Assembly (NCBI RefSeq): GCF_963678975.1
Contig: NC_089281.1
Location: 27,857,151 to 27,921,150, forward strand
DNA: 64,000 nt
Direction of reading: 5' to 3'
DNA from: Dysidea avara
Lineage: Eukaryota
Shown here piece after piece: positions 48,544 through 60,863 of this stretch. The notes beneath the pieces are model-generated. The model was not told the origin of the DNA, ran no database searches, and was given only the letters and a program-made list of their open reading frames with translations. A program made the translations under genes and the position numbers. Within the stretch, counting starts at the first letter, position 1, and each line of letters begins with the position of its first letter.

Positions 48544-51500
48544 TTCACCTCTTCAGTTAGCTCTCAAAGACCACCTCATTAGCTATAGTTCCAAAGCATG
48601 ACATAGTATACGTTATGTGGGTCATCTTGATTGAGACGATTATTTCTTGTGTACCATGATGACACCCCAATTAACTGTGAGAATTTGCACTGCGTACACT
48701 GTATGGGAGCCTTTTGGGGCCAAAATCTGAATGAAGTAGCAAGGTTAGCTATACCTAGCTACCATGATATGGTCTCACATATCCACTTATCATTGCATGG
48801 GTAAAAGAATGTGACTTGATGTCTACGGTGTAGACATCAGTCATTGCAAGTCACATTCTTTTACCCATGCAATGATAAGTGACTACGTAGTACAGCTAAT
48901 CCACCACAGACTCTTTTCCCCTGACAAGAAAGCCATGCCTATGCTGGTACGGCATTATGTAGAACCTCAGTCCCAAAATGCTGTTATAATAGCCATAATT
49001 TATCCATGATCTTGTATATTGATCATAGGCTGCTCCAGGATTTTCGGTTTCTGATCAAGAACACAGGTGAAGACCAAAAAAAAAGGTAAGTGCCTGCTGA
49101 CAATAACTGCCCTCCACTAACTATGTATTGATACCACCAAGAGTTCATAATATAAAGTAGTAAGATATTGTATACTATAAACACTTGATATCACTGATAA
49201 AGCACATAAAAGTCCCTACATAGCTTGCTACACTGCTACTCTAAATACTGTGACTGCTTTATTAGGGTGATTGACTGCTCTATTACCATCTCGATCTGAA
49301 CGTGACTGGTTTCCGGAAACCTCAGAAACCCCCCTGGAGTCATCCCTGATTGATAGCTACCACAGGCTCTTTTTATTGGTGCTTCTGGGCTGCTATAAAA
49401 ACTTATTTTGAGGTCGTGAATTATTGATATTTTTGAATGAGATCATTAAGCATAACCTGGACCTATATATAGTTGACATGTCCCAACTATAATGGGATTA
49501 TCTTATTCTAGTGGAGGTAGTTTCTTATAGAGGTGCATATAAAGAGGTATACTCATTAATATACAGACTATTACAAATCATAAAGTTTTGACCAATTACA
49601 TCAGTGCAGTCTTTTTAGTTTTCATTTTTTGATTTCAGTTTTCTTCAGTTTCAATTTCCACTGTTTCTGATGTCGGAAGGTCACTTTACTCTGAATTTGT
49701 GTTCAAGTTTATATTAATGGACCTGAATCAGCATTGAAAGTGCACAAGATCGAGATATTCTAATGGAGTCGCGGACCTATATACCTACTGGCTGGCCATG
49801 GGTATATAGTCCCATGTGGAATTACCCTAGCTATGGCCAGTCATCATTTCCAGCTATATAGTTCATGCAGTAGTGGGAAGTAAGGTAATGCCCTGCAGCA
49901 TATCATGGAAGGACTTGTGATTTGTTGAAGATGATTAGTTATTAATATAATATACACATACATGTACATAGTCACTATACAGCTAGCTATACAAGCCTCC
50001 CTCAGATACTGCAAGGAATTAAGACATCATTTTCCTTCACTATATATAGTGTGACTATGAATGACTGGCTGCCCCAAACACATAGAATAGGTATTGCATC
50101 CACAACTGTACAAATGTTAGCATGACAGCAACATCTTGACAAGCTCTATTTAAAATTGACGTTTCTATATAGTTATAAAACGAGAAATTAGCCAACCACC
50201 ATTTTAGTGATTTCATAGCTGGTATCTTTTGTTTAACTTGCTTCTTTGTCAATTTGATTTGACTCTGGATTTATATCCCATGTGACCTGCAAGAAGCCTG
50301 CCACATTAAGTTATACTAATACAGAAAAAATATCTTTACTAGGTGGTGACTTGATGACAGCTTGCAGACTATAGGAGTCACACAGCCTCTGATGATTTCC
50401 TCTGCCATGACCAATAAACAACATGCATGACTTCTTGGGATTATATTAATTTATGTAGCTATAACTACTTAGCTATTGCTTTGTGTCAATTATATATTAT
50501 AGTTGTGTAGCCATTTGCTGGCGAGAGGTCGATGTTTTGAGTACAGGTTGAATGCAGAGAAGATCTCAGACCCCGGCTGTTGTGGCTCCTCTGGCTCATG
50601 CCTAGACTGCATGTTGCTGGGGATCAAGTCACCACTGGGTCTGGGATTTTTTTTCTGCATACTTCATGTTTCAGTTACATGTTTCTGACTCCCTGTATTC
50701 ACAGGCTTTAAGCCTTCTCACAGGTCCCTAGTGGGATAGCATTCACAGAATAGTTATTTAGCTACCTATAGCTATATGTGTGTATGTAGCTTAGGGAAGC
50801 ACCCAAGCTTGTACATTTATTTATTAACATTTAAGGCTTTACAGCACAAGTGCTGAAGGTCTGTATGTCACCTGATCCTACAGCCTGTTTATAAAGTTGT
50901 TATATAAGTTTGTTTGAAAGATGCAAAAAGGAGAAAAAATCAATGACTGGACCTGAACCTGCAGCCATCCGATTAACGCTCAAACGCTTACAGGAGTCTG
51001 CCAGGATACTTTCTCCTTATCAATTTCATGCATATGAATTCTAGAGAGTGACTTGTTATCTCAAAGTATTCGATGTGGAACCAAATGGACAAGCATTAAC
51101 TGGATGGCTGCAGGTTGAGGCTTCCCAGGTCCAGTCATTGATTTTTCTCTTCTCTGTACTTTTTCAAACACAACAACTTAAACAGGCTGTAGGACCAGGT
51201 GTCCTACACACCTTCAGCATGTGCACTTATTCTTTAAAGTCTTAATAAATAAACTAATGCCATTTGGTTCCACATTTATGGGATACTTTGAGATAATAAG
51301 TCACTCTCTATAGAGTTCCTATGGTTGATAAGGGGAAAACATCCTGGCTGACTGGCAGTTTCCTGTAAGCATTTGAACGTTAATCAGATAGCTGCAGGTT
51401 TGAGGCTACATGCCCAGGTGTTCAGTAATGGATTTTTTTCTCCCAGCTTTCTGCACCTTTTCAAACATATTTTATAACAACTTTAAACAGGCTGTAGGAC

Positions 51501-52782
51501 CAAGTGTCCTACAGACCTTTAGCACTTGTACTATAAAGCCTTAATACACACAGGCAAACCCTTTTGGGAAACCATGTCTCATGTTTTTGGACAAACTAGA
51601 TAATAAAGTAAATATCAAAGAGGAACAGCCTTTCTCTGTTGAACTTTCTCTGCATTTGGAGCAGGACAAATCCAGATTTTTGGTACTAAGGGAGGGTCAA
51701 ATTTGAGCATGCATGCCTGGCTTTTAAAGTTGCTATCTTAAACTGAGCTGCCTGCTATGCATGATATGCTGTATATATATATAAGGTGAATCTATAATAC
51801 AGCAGCAATAGTATAAACATTAGACACGCAAGAGTATGAAGGTGTGACTGACTCACTACGTCAAAAGACAATTAAAATATGAACAAAAGTTATTTAATTA
51901 AAGTCTGATGATTTACATTTACCAGTCTATAGTTACGGTGCATGGCACTTGAGGTTATAGACTATCATGCATGATATACTCTGCAGTGATATGATTGGTT
52001 TGATAACAATGACAATATATGCACAATAATGTGATGACTATAGGTTATGTGGTTACTGATGGCTACAGCTTTTGGTGTATTTTATTGTGTATGCCATATA
52101 CGTGCCTGTTCAGATAGGATTAATTAGGCCTCAGGGTAAGAAAACAAAATACCTTAGCTAAGCACATATTATCATGTCTTAGCTATTAGACTCTCTAAGC
52201 AGTACCATGCATGTAAATAATTTTTCAATAGATATTTTTTTAGTTAGTTCTCTTTGTGCTTAATCCTGTAGCTGATTAGTAAGCCTCACCTTCAGGTACC
52301 ATCACTGATGACCAGTGAGTACATAGTTACACTTTCAAGCTACTGAATTTTGGTTTTGAGTTCCATGTCTGGCTGGGCTTTTCATGTCTATAACAATAAC
52401 TTCCCTACATTTGTAATACCACTATTAATGTTTTTATTTTTACACAAACACAAAAACACCTGCTTTCAAACAGTGGCTATAATATAATTATGTGAGGGGG
52501 CATAGGAAAAAGGACCTAGCTATAACAGTTAGACACGGAATTTGAGTTATGCTAATCAAAGAATTCCACAACTCACCATCTGTTCATGCATATTTCGAAT
52601 TTCAAGTTAATAGTCTCAATACTCATTAAATTTTGTTTCATGTTATTACTCTGAAACTTCACTCAGCATGCAAAGGTTATATGCAAGTGTAATTTCCTAA
52701 TTTACTATACTTACCTACAAATAAACGGAAATTTACTGACTTTTACTGAAAAGTAAAAAAAACAAACAAAAAAACCTGTATA

Positions 52783-53195
52783 CAGTGGAACCTCCCTTAT
52801 CCGGACCTCTATTATCCGGGCACCTCCATTGTGTGGACAGCCCAAATTGGTCATGTGGCTAACCATAATGAAGTTTGGTTTAGATGAAAGGACAAGGAGG
52901 GAGCCTAAAGGTTGCAGTTTACCTGTTTGGTGGCTTGTTTATTCTACTAGCAATAACTACCACTTGGTTGCTAGGTGATAATACATTTTTACAGCCAAGG
53001 GGAGTGACCATGAATGCTCTGTAGTGACTTCCCCTCTGCCCATAAACTACATAGCACTAACTGATAGCAATAGCAACATTACTTGTATTAAGATAGTCAC
53101 TTTTAGCATAATAGCATATTATTCTTAGTTACGGACATTTCTGAGATACGGACAGTAGTATGTACCAGACCGCCCGGATAAGAGAGGTTCCACTG
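52783..53195. mobile_element. MITE family A, copy 3 (longer, ~410 bp)
   Basis: cagtggaacctcccttatccggacctctattatccggg at the left and cccggataagagaggttccactg at the right. Confidence 0.6.
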
Positions 53196-53530
53196 TAGGT
53201 CCCTTTTCCTATGCCCCATCACAAATATGAACGAAGATCAATGAAACAAGTTTCTATAAAACTCACTCTGTAGATGTACTTAACAGATATAACTCTACAT
53301 TATAATGGCAGCTTGTTATGTTTCAGGGTAAGGTTGCTGAACAATACACTTTATTCCATATGTATTTAAGTAGCTGGCTATTGGAATTGTATTTCCTGAG
53401 CATTAAAACACGCATCTGAAACTACTTGCTTTGCGTGCCAGGTGGCTATAGCTATAGTGTACAGTATTGTATTTGTCACAAATTGTGTGCCACACTGAAT
53501 TACAGATGTCACAGTGTATATATTCTACTT

Positions 53531-54080
53531 TCACTCTTTGTCGTCATCATGTCGGAATCGTCGGTATTCCCACTGGACCACAGATTTATAACTGGGGTAG
53601 TAGCTGCTGATTCCGACTGGACTGGTGATGAGTTCTGTGGCAAGGTATGGCTGAAAAGACAGAGTCCAGTAACAAGAATTTTCAACATCTCCTGGAACAC
53701 CATTTATTGACTCAACGAAGTACCCTAGTCCTGCATCATTGAAGGAAACAGTAAACTTGTAGTTGCTACAACTGGCCACAGCAGCCTCCATTATTTGAAT
53801 ACCATTGATCCCTTGAGGTACTACCAGATGGACTTCCCCTGGGCTGGTAGCATTCTCTGCTAGAGGGCAATCAGGACGATCCACTTCATTTATGATAACC
53901 CTGTATGTCACTGGTATATTGGGGTAGTTGAGTGGCTATAAGATAAATTGAGCAGTTATCTATACATGACTAAACTATGATGATAGTTCAACAAATAAAA
54001 AGATTATCACTTACCACATCAATGCAGTTGGTTTCTTTATATGCTATTAATATTATCAAAAGAAATATCTGCTGTATCAT
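53531..54080 (-). CDS. TCbeta-like secreted protein gene 7: exon 1 54080..54015 (MIQQIFLLIILIAYKETNCIDV), 79-nt intron, exon 2 53935..53531
   Basis: Donor gtaagt, acceptor ttatcttatag. Exon 2 encodes PLNYPNIPVTYRVIINEVDRPDCPLAENATSPGEVHLVVPQGINGIQIMEAAVASCSNYKFTVSFNDAGLGYFVESINGVPGDVENSCYWTLSFQPYLATELITSPVGISSYYPSYKSVVQWEYRRFRHDDDKE*. About 96% identical to gene 6 exon 2. Confidence 0.8.
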
Positions 54081-54524
54081 GGTTTCCTCAGTCCAAAACT
54101 ACCTGATATAGACCTGTAATATGGCTGATCATGTACGTGGATACTTCACTCTTGCAAATTCACACAAGCTTAATCAGTAGTCAGTAGTCCTGCATGAACC
54201 ATAGATTTGTGCAGTTTTAATAGAATTCATCACATTGTTTTGCACTCTGTGACAGATGTTATACATTCTTTAGTAATAGATATGTTTCTACAGACTCTGT
54301 TAATCTTATTCAAATGCTTTTGTACTTTATAACTATATTCATGTGTTTTGTGTACTTCCCTCCTTTTTTTCCTAAAATAGTATGTTTTGTACTCTTTGTT
54401 CTGTACCTGTACATGTGCTGTACACATGTGGTTTTATATATGCATATGTATAAATAGTACTTGTCCAGCTGCTGCCTGAAAGTCATTATTAAGTTACAAG
54501 ATAAGGAAACATGATGCCTTTTAC

Positions 54525-54858
54525 ACCCTTTTCATATGGCCACCCAAAAGCGGGTTCAACCTGCATGGGTTGAATCATAGATAGTATACCACAGTGATGG
54601 AATAACCCACCAGTTTCTGTTCACAAGCAATCATCACATGATGGTATTCATTGAGTGATAATTGTCTTCTATGAATTTTATGTATTCATTAAAAACCACA
54701 ACTCGCTTTTGAAGCCATAAATTGAGTTCACCCGAGTTCAACCCTACTGCTTTGTAGGGTTGAACTCGGTTATGACTTCAAGGTTCAACCCGGGATCATA
54801 TGAATGCGTTAACCCGGATTGAATGTGGGTTCAACCAAGTGACCATATGAAAGGGGTA
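54525..54858. mobile_element. MITE-like element (TIR ccttttcatatggcca / tgaccatatgaaagggg) with internal ggttcaacc hairpins
   Basis: Inverted termini. Internal palindrome gagttcaaccctactgctttgtagggttgaactcgg. Confidence 0.5.
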
Positions 54859-57701
54859 TATAAAGGATAATAGATCAAGGAAAAGAATATACCACAATAT
54901 AATTACCATGCATGCATGCATACCAAAATGGAGTTCTATACAGCTGTACATTCTATAGTAGCTGACATGACATTCACCAGACATCCAGGCTGCTCAATAA
55001 GCAGGATTAGAGGAATCATCCTTACATGTAACTCTATAGCTATATGTAGCTATATATCAAGGGCATATTTAGGGGTGTGCATGGGATACTGAAGCACCTC
55101 CGTCCAAAATTTTACTATGCGCTAACTAGAGAGTTAATGGAAGCTACAGTACAGATGTAATTGCATCTTAAGCAAACATGCATGGGCGATGAAAAGATGG
55201 AAAGAGCAAGAAGGGAAGAGCTATATCTCTCCTAGGGTAAAAATTGAATTTTAGAGGTAAATCCACTAATTGAAATACTCTAGTAGAACAGTCAACAGTA
55301 CTTTAATAGAATGTTCATCATTAAAACTCTCATGAACATAAGGAAAAAAGACCAGTGTGTATATATGTGAAACCTGTCCTGTTTACTGCTAATCCTGCCA
55401 TACCAATTGTTTAAAAGGCAAAATTTTATACCTTGTACCAAGAATCACATGACATCATTTTGCTATTCTAAGAAAAACTTCTTTTAGTTAAATATATAGA
55501 TAGTAGGTAGTTTCAGATGTATAGCTACAAACTTGGGTTGAAATACTTCAGTTTTTAAACATCGTGAAATTTAAGCATCTATATAAGTTAAGGGAGCTAG
55601 CTACAGTGTCTGGGGGCTGCACCCTTATTTGATCAAGCTCCACATTTTCTTGACTTTAGAACAAACAAATTGTGACTACTGTATATATCCCTATAAGTTG
55701 CATACTGCTGGTCGTGGTTTCATCTTTTAGTGTTATTTAGGGCTAACAGAATTAAACATCTTATAGCTTCTGGAGCTTGTACTGCTAGACCCCTAACTTT
55801 GAACTCAAACCATACTGCATGCAGCATTTATATGACATGACATGCAGCCAGCACTATACCACTGCCAGCTAGAAAAATAACGTTGATTTCACTTCAATAA
55901 ATCTCATCAGTGTATACACTGTTAAAACTTGGTAGCACCTAAAAGTGCCACAGTATAGCAATTATGATTATGAGAGCAAAATGCCATATATAGGAGCAAA
56001 CTATACAGGGAATTTCCCAAGGGGGGTGCTATAGGCTAGGAGTACGATAATGGACAGTAAGAAAAGTGGCAACTGGTTAATACAACTATAGTAGCGCCTA
56101 ACTGAAGTGCTATGTAGCACTCAGAGATCATAGCTGTAATACTTCATTATACGCATGCAGCTTCATCATCATCATCATCACTATACATTTTGTGGTAATC
56201 ACAAGGACTTTAGTATTGTATACTGAGACTAGAGATGTATACTTATACACTTTAACAATTGCACATGTGGTCTCAGTAAGCAGTATCATGATAGTTCAAC
56301 TTACACCTGAGCCAAAGGAATTGTGCTATTGTAATATGTGAACAATTTTCCTTTGATTCCTTGTTTGCTCAGTGACTGATGATAAAAAGATTATTAATTT
56401 TGGTGTACATCTTTCGGCTTTGACCCTGAAATTTTACTGAACTGCATCATGGCATGCAATCCTCTTATATACATGCACCGAAATGCATGTAAGATGGGTC
56501 TCTGAAAACAGTCACAACTCACAAATTGCTTGATAATTCGGTATATAAAATTGTGGAACATTATTCTTCTTGATCTACAACTTTGCGAATGTAAGGCTGT
56601 GGCCTATGCACTCTGGTTTTGTCACCAATGATTTATGCATACCGCTGCTCATGCATACCTTTAAGATCTTGTCCCATCCTCTATACTAATTGTATAATAG
56701 TAAATTTAGTAGTTTGTTTGGCTGATGGCACTGACAGACTAGCAATAAACATATAATGCACATATAAGTATGAATCATTTCCTGATTACATGTGTGCTTC
56801 AGTCAATCTAAGACACATCAAGTACAAAGTACTGACTCCACAAACCCTGTCAGTTGGGCCAAAATTTGTTGCACCTGTTATCGAGTTGTCTAGTGCTATG
56901 AGGAAGTTTGGTGAACCATCTCACAAATACCACATTACCAACACATCACCTCATCATAATAGAAACTAAGAGTGTCAAACGGTGTATTAGCCCATGATTA
57001 ATGATTGCATAAAGTATCACGGATATTTCAGTAATTCGGCAATCGACTTGGCCTGCTCTAACAGTTTGGAACCTAATTAGCTAGCTAATTATATGATGTG
57101 TATATGTTTTTATTTTATTCAGTACTTTTTTTTTCAATGGAAAATATATATTTCAGTAATTGTTCATTTACGTGAAATGGTAATTTGAAATGCGTACGTG
57201 GCAACGCCGGGTCTTTGTACGCCAGTTTTCCATGTTATTCAACCAACTATTCAACAGTTATTGTACAAGGAAAGTGTAGTAAGGACCCAAGATAACCCCA
57301 GCTTGCTAAAATGATTGCACAAACGATCTGCTTGGCAGTGCCAGAACTTTAACATTAGCTAATCCCCTTTAATGCTATCATGTTTTTGCTTGATTTAGTG
57401 GCTGAATTGGGCTAAATACAGCAACTCTTAATGGTACTATAAACGAACAGTTACTGAAATATCCGTGTTACTTTATGCAATCATTAATCCCGGGGTAATA
57501 CACCCGTTTGATACTCTTGGCTACTATTATATACTCTTGCCAGTACTGATGGGTTTCAGAACTCCCCCACTGTACAGGCCCGAGCTAATAGCCTTTAGAG
57601 GGACCTTGGTGGCAAGAATTCAATTCCTGTGTACCCATATGAGTAAAACAAAAAATTCAACTGTTTAAATGGATTCACCTGACAATTATAAAGTACAAAT
57701 T

Positions 57702-57851
57702 CTACAGTAACACTTTATTGTTCCTCAGCAGGAATACTCCTTTAGTGAGGATGATGTTTCCATATGGTGCCCCTTCTCCAGTGGCCACTACTGCAAATAC
57801 TTTCTTAGCCACTTCATAAAATTCAAACCTCTCGATCATGTTAACTTTGAT
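57702..57851 (-). CDS. Terminal coding exon of an unidentified gene: [49 protein letters not shown]
   Basis: Acceptor ccttgcag, stop TAG at 57704-57702. Phase 0. Spliced in frame to the upstream exon 58707..58606. Confidence 0.5.
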   Translation of the reverse strand: MKVNMIERFEFYEVAKKVFAVVATGEGAPYGNIILTKGVFLLRNNKVLL

Positions 57852-58605
57852 CTGCAAGGACAGTAATAATGTGTACCAGCTGATTTCCCTTTTCCCAATA
57901 AGGAAAGTCACTCAATGAGTAATGTCACCCAGTGAGGAGGGACCATGAAATATTCTGATACCGTAAGGTAAGAAATTTTCATGGGATACAAGATTTCATG
58001 GATGTCTTATTCGCGAAATCTAAATACAGCCCATGTACAAGTTAGCCTCACATAGACTTTTTTCTTGTGTGCCGGGGTGGGGAAGAAATTGCCTGGTACA
58101 CTTCCGATAGAATTTCTGTGTAGCATTCCACCAGCTCTACAGTGGGTGCTGATTGGTGAAGCCATTCTCTTCTTACACTTCAGGCGCTGTGACAATTATC
58201 CTGCAAAGTATGTTTCTCAGTCTCAGTAGTAATGACTTCGCCAATCAGCACTCACCATAGAGCTGGTGGAACACTACACAGAAATTCTATGGGAAGTGTA
58301 CCAGATCACTTTTTTCCCCACCAACACACAAAGAAAAAAAAAGTCGGTCTGGTCTACGTGAGACTAGGTACAAGTTGTATGGAGATTGATGTTTCAACCA
58401 TATAAAAAATTGTTCCACGAAAATTACCACATTTTGGCAACCCACAAAAATTTCTTGCCCGACAGTAGGCACACAAGACTTAGAAGCCACCATCAATTGT
58501 TGTGGATGAAAATAATAATAATAATAAATGAAGCTCCTTGTTATCCAAACACGAAGGAATAATTTTTATTGCCAACAGTGCTCAAGGTGTTATCCCCTCA
58601 ATTAC

Positions 58606-58707
58606 CTCCTTTCCTTCAGCAGCATTCATCAACTTCTTATATTCATCCCATACTGGTGTCTTCAACTCTCTAGCCTTGTCATTAGGTACCAGATCCATCA
58701 GTGCTGC
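58606..58707 (-). CDS. Internal coding exon of the same unidentified gene: AALMDLVPNDKARELKTPVWDEYKKLMNAAEGKE
   Basis: Acceptor acag at 58711-58708, donor gtaatt. 102 nt, phase 0. A large inverted repeat (58093-58160 / 58240-58307) sits in the intervening intron. Confidence 0.5.
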
Positions 58708-59280
58708 CTGTAGTGTTGTATGAATCATTTGTAAAGTGACTGTCACTGTGGAGATACTTATAACTACTGTATCTGTTTGTAAAACCTGTGTAACAAAGAC
58801 ACCTTCAGACCAGCCTGATTTTCTTATGTACTTATTGACTATATACTATTGTATAGGCAGAAATTTTTGAGGGGTGACATTTTCACAAAAAACGTGAAGC
58901 AACTCTGCATTTTTTTCTTCACAGAATTCTACAAACAATCAAAGGTGATACACCACTTGTGAAATTTGTAAAAATTTCATCCCTCAAAAATTTCCACCTA
59001 GCTATATGATAGTAAACTGGGACTTTCACCAAGAATGTAGGTAGGTTATGTCTTGAATCTCCACATGAACATAACATGTTCCATTGCTCAGAGATAAACA
59101 TTTGCAAATGTATAAATTTGTAATTACACTCATCATACAGCTAGTGTTAGAGATTACTAGCTAGTGTTAGAGATTACTAGTTTACACTTACTGGAGCAGG
59201 CACATACGTATCCAGTGGGAGGAGTTTCAAAATGGCACCTAGTAGTGCTGGTATACCATGACCTGTCAAACAAAACTAAT

Positions 59281-59466
59281 TGCTATGTATGTATGTATGT
59301 ATGTATGTATGTATGTATGTATGTATGTATGTATGTATGTATGTATGTATGTATGTATGTATGTATGTATGTATGTATGTATGTATGTATGTATGTATGT
59401 ATGTATGTATGTATGTATGTATGTATGTATGTATGTATCATGTATGTATGTATGTATGTATGTATG

Positions 59467-59498
<32 letters not shown>

Positions 59499-59620
59499 TG
59501 TATGTATGTATGTATGTATGTATGTATGTATGTATGTATGTATGTATGTATGTATGTATGTATGTATGTATGTATGTATGTATGTATGTATGTATGTATG
59601 TATGTATGTATGTATGTATG

Positions 59621-59650
<30 letters not shown>
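59281..59650. repeat. (TGTA)n / (ATGT)n tetranucleotide microsatellite, ~90 units with three small interruptions
   Basis: Direct reading. All ORF-track entries 59164..59691 (both strands, MYVCMYVC... / HTYIHTYI...) are translation artefacts of this repeat. Confidence 0.95.
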
Positions 59651-59652
<2 letters not shown>

Positions 59653-59879
59653 AGACTTGATCTGATAATGAATCGTGTGACCATGTATTGAAACAGTAAA
59701 CTAATTTAATACAGAGTTACCTTTTGTGTGCTATAAATTGTACAATTGTGGAAAAATATAATTATTCAGTTGGTCAGAGTAAAGAGTTTTCTAAAGTGCT
59801 TAGCTTCTCACTAACAACTCTACATTACACATACTAAGTATTTTTGTACAAACACACTCTTTTGATTCATAGGGAGCTC

Positions 59880-60340
59880 AACAAATAGCTGATGACTACA
59901 ACGCAAATAAAGAAGACTTTCATGTTGCCATTGTTATACCTTTAAAGTTGTAGGAGAATGGAAGGCAGAAAGTGGGAGGGATATAAGAATCAAGGAAAAA
60001 CTTCTTGTACAGGAGCCGGGTTGGAGAAAGCTGGAATCCCTACAAATGCAATAACAAAGTATTTCAAATTGTATGGACTACGTACCCATGGCACCCTTAA
60101 TAATAACCTGGTGACAGAAATTATTTATGTTCACAGCAAAATGGTGGTAGTGGATGATTGTATGCATGGGTAGCCATATATTGGTCTGTCATCTAATGAG
60201 GTTTTTTGGTTTATTGGACAAATAAAAGGCTTCAGATATAAAGGTGGAAGATCTGTTAGACACTATACATTCCATGATTTGATCTCTGTAGCAACTGACA
60301 ATAACGGCATCATTTATGACACTGTATTGGTTGTAAAGTA
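59880..60340 (+). pseudogene. Decayed phospholipase D pseudogene fragment (fourth PLD copy; HKD2 region)
   Basis: Reads [25 protein letters not shown]...[50 protein letters not shown]. Then RCHLM..FGLLDK..ASDIKVEDLLDTIHSMI*SL*QLTITASFMTLYWL with frameshifts and deletions relative to PLD2 22200-22820. Confidence 0.6.
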
Positions 60341-60596
60341 ACTCCTACCATGCAGTCATATGTGAAATTTTTAAGCTAGTGGAAGCTATATAGTACATGT
60401 GCAATTACATCTTAAGCACAATAGACTATATGGGTGATGTAAAAATGGAAAGAGCAAAATAGGAAGACTGAGCTAAGCTCAACAAGAAGGAGTAATAGTT
60501 ATATTTCAGGGTAAAACCACTGCTATAAAATTGAAATACTCTAATAGAATAGTCAACTATACTCTAATAAACACTGTGTAAACGCCTTTCGTTTTT

Positions 60597-60815
60597 TTTT
60601 TTTAATGGGTGTGGCCACTTACCGCATAGCCTAAATATTTCGAGGTTGAGCAATGTTGCTAAAAATAAAATTTTCGCGGATTTGCAAACACTCTCAAATG
60701 TATTAGACTCTAGATATTTCAAGGCTAAAATTTTCGCTGATAAGCCCCGAAACCGCGAAAATTTTCCCCCTCGAAATATTTAGCCTATACGGTATTGCCG
60801 CCACACCCATTAGTT
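60597..60815. mobile_element. MITE with ~45-bp TIR (aatgggtgtggccacttaccgcatagcctaaatatttcgagg)
   Basis: The left terminus at 60597-60640 mirrors the right terminus at 60771-60815. Internal aaaattttcgc motifs. Ends ~50 bp upstream of the ATG at 60864. Confidence 0.6.
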
Positions 60816-60863
60816 TGTCGCCGGAAAAGGGCAGCCCTGGGGAAAGGTAGCAACAACGGAAAA

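Noticed and set aside
59164-59691. Six overlapping ORFs of 123-175 aa on both strands (MYVCMYVC..., HTYIHTYI...)
   Set aside because: Pure translation of the (TGTA)n microsatellite, not genes.
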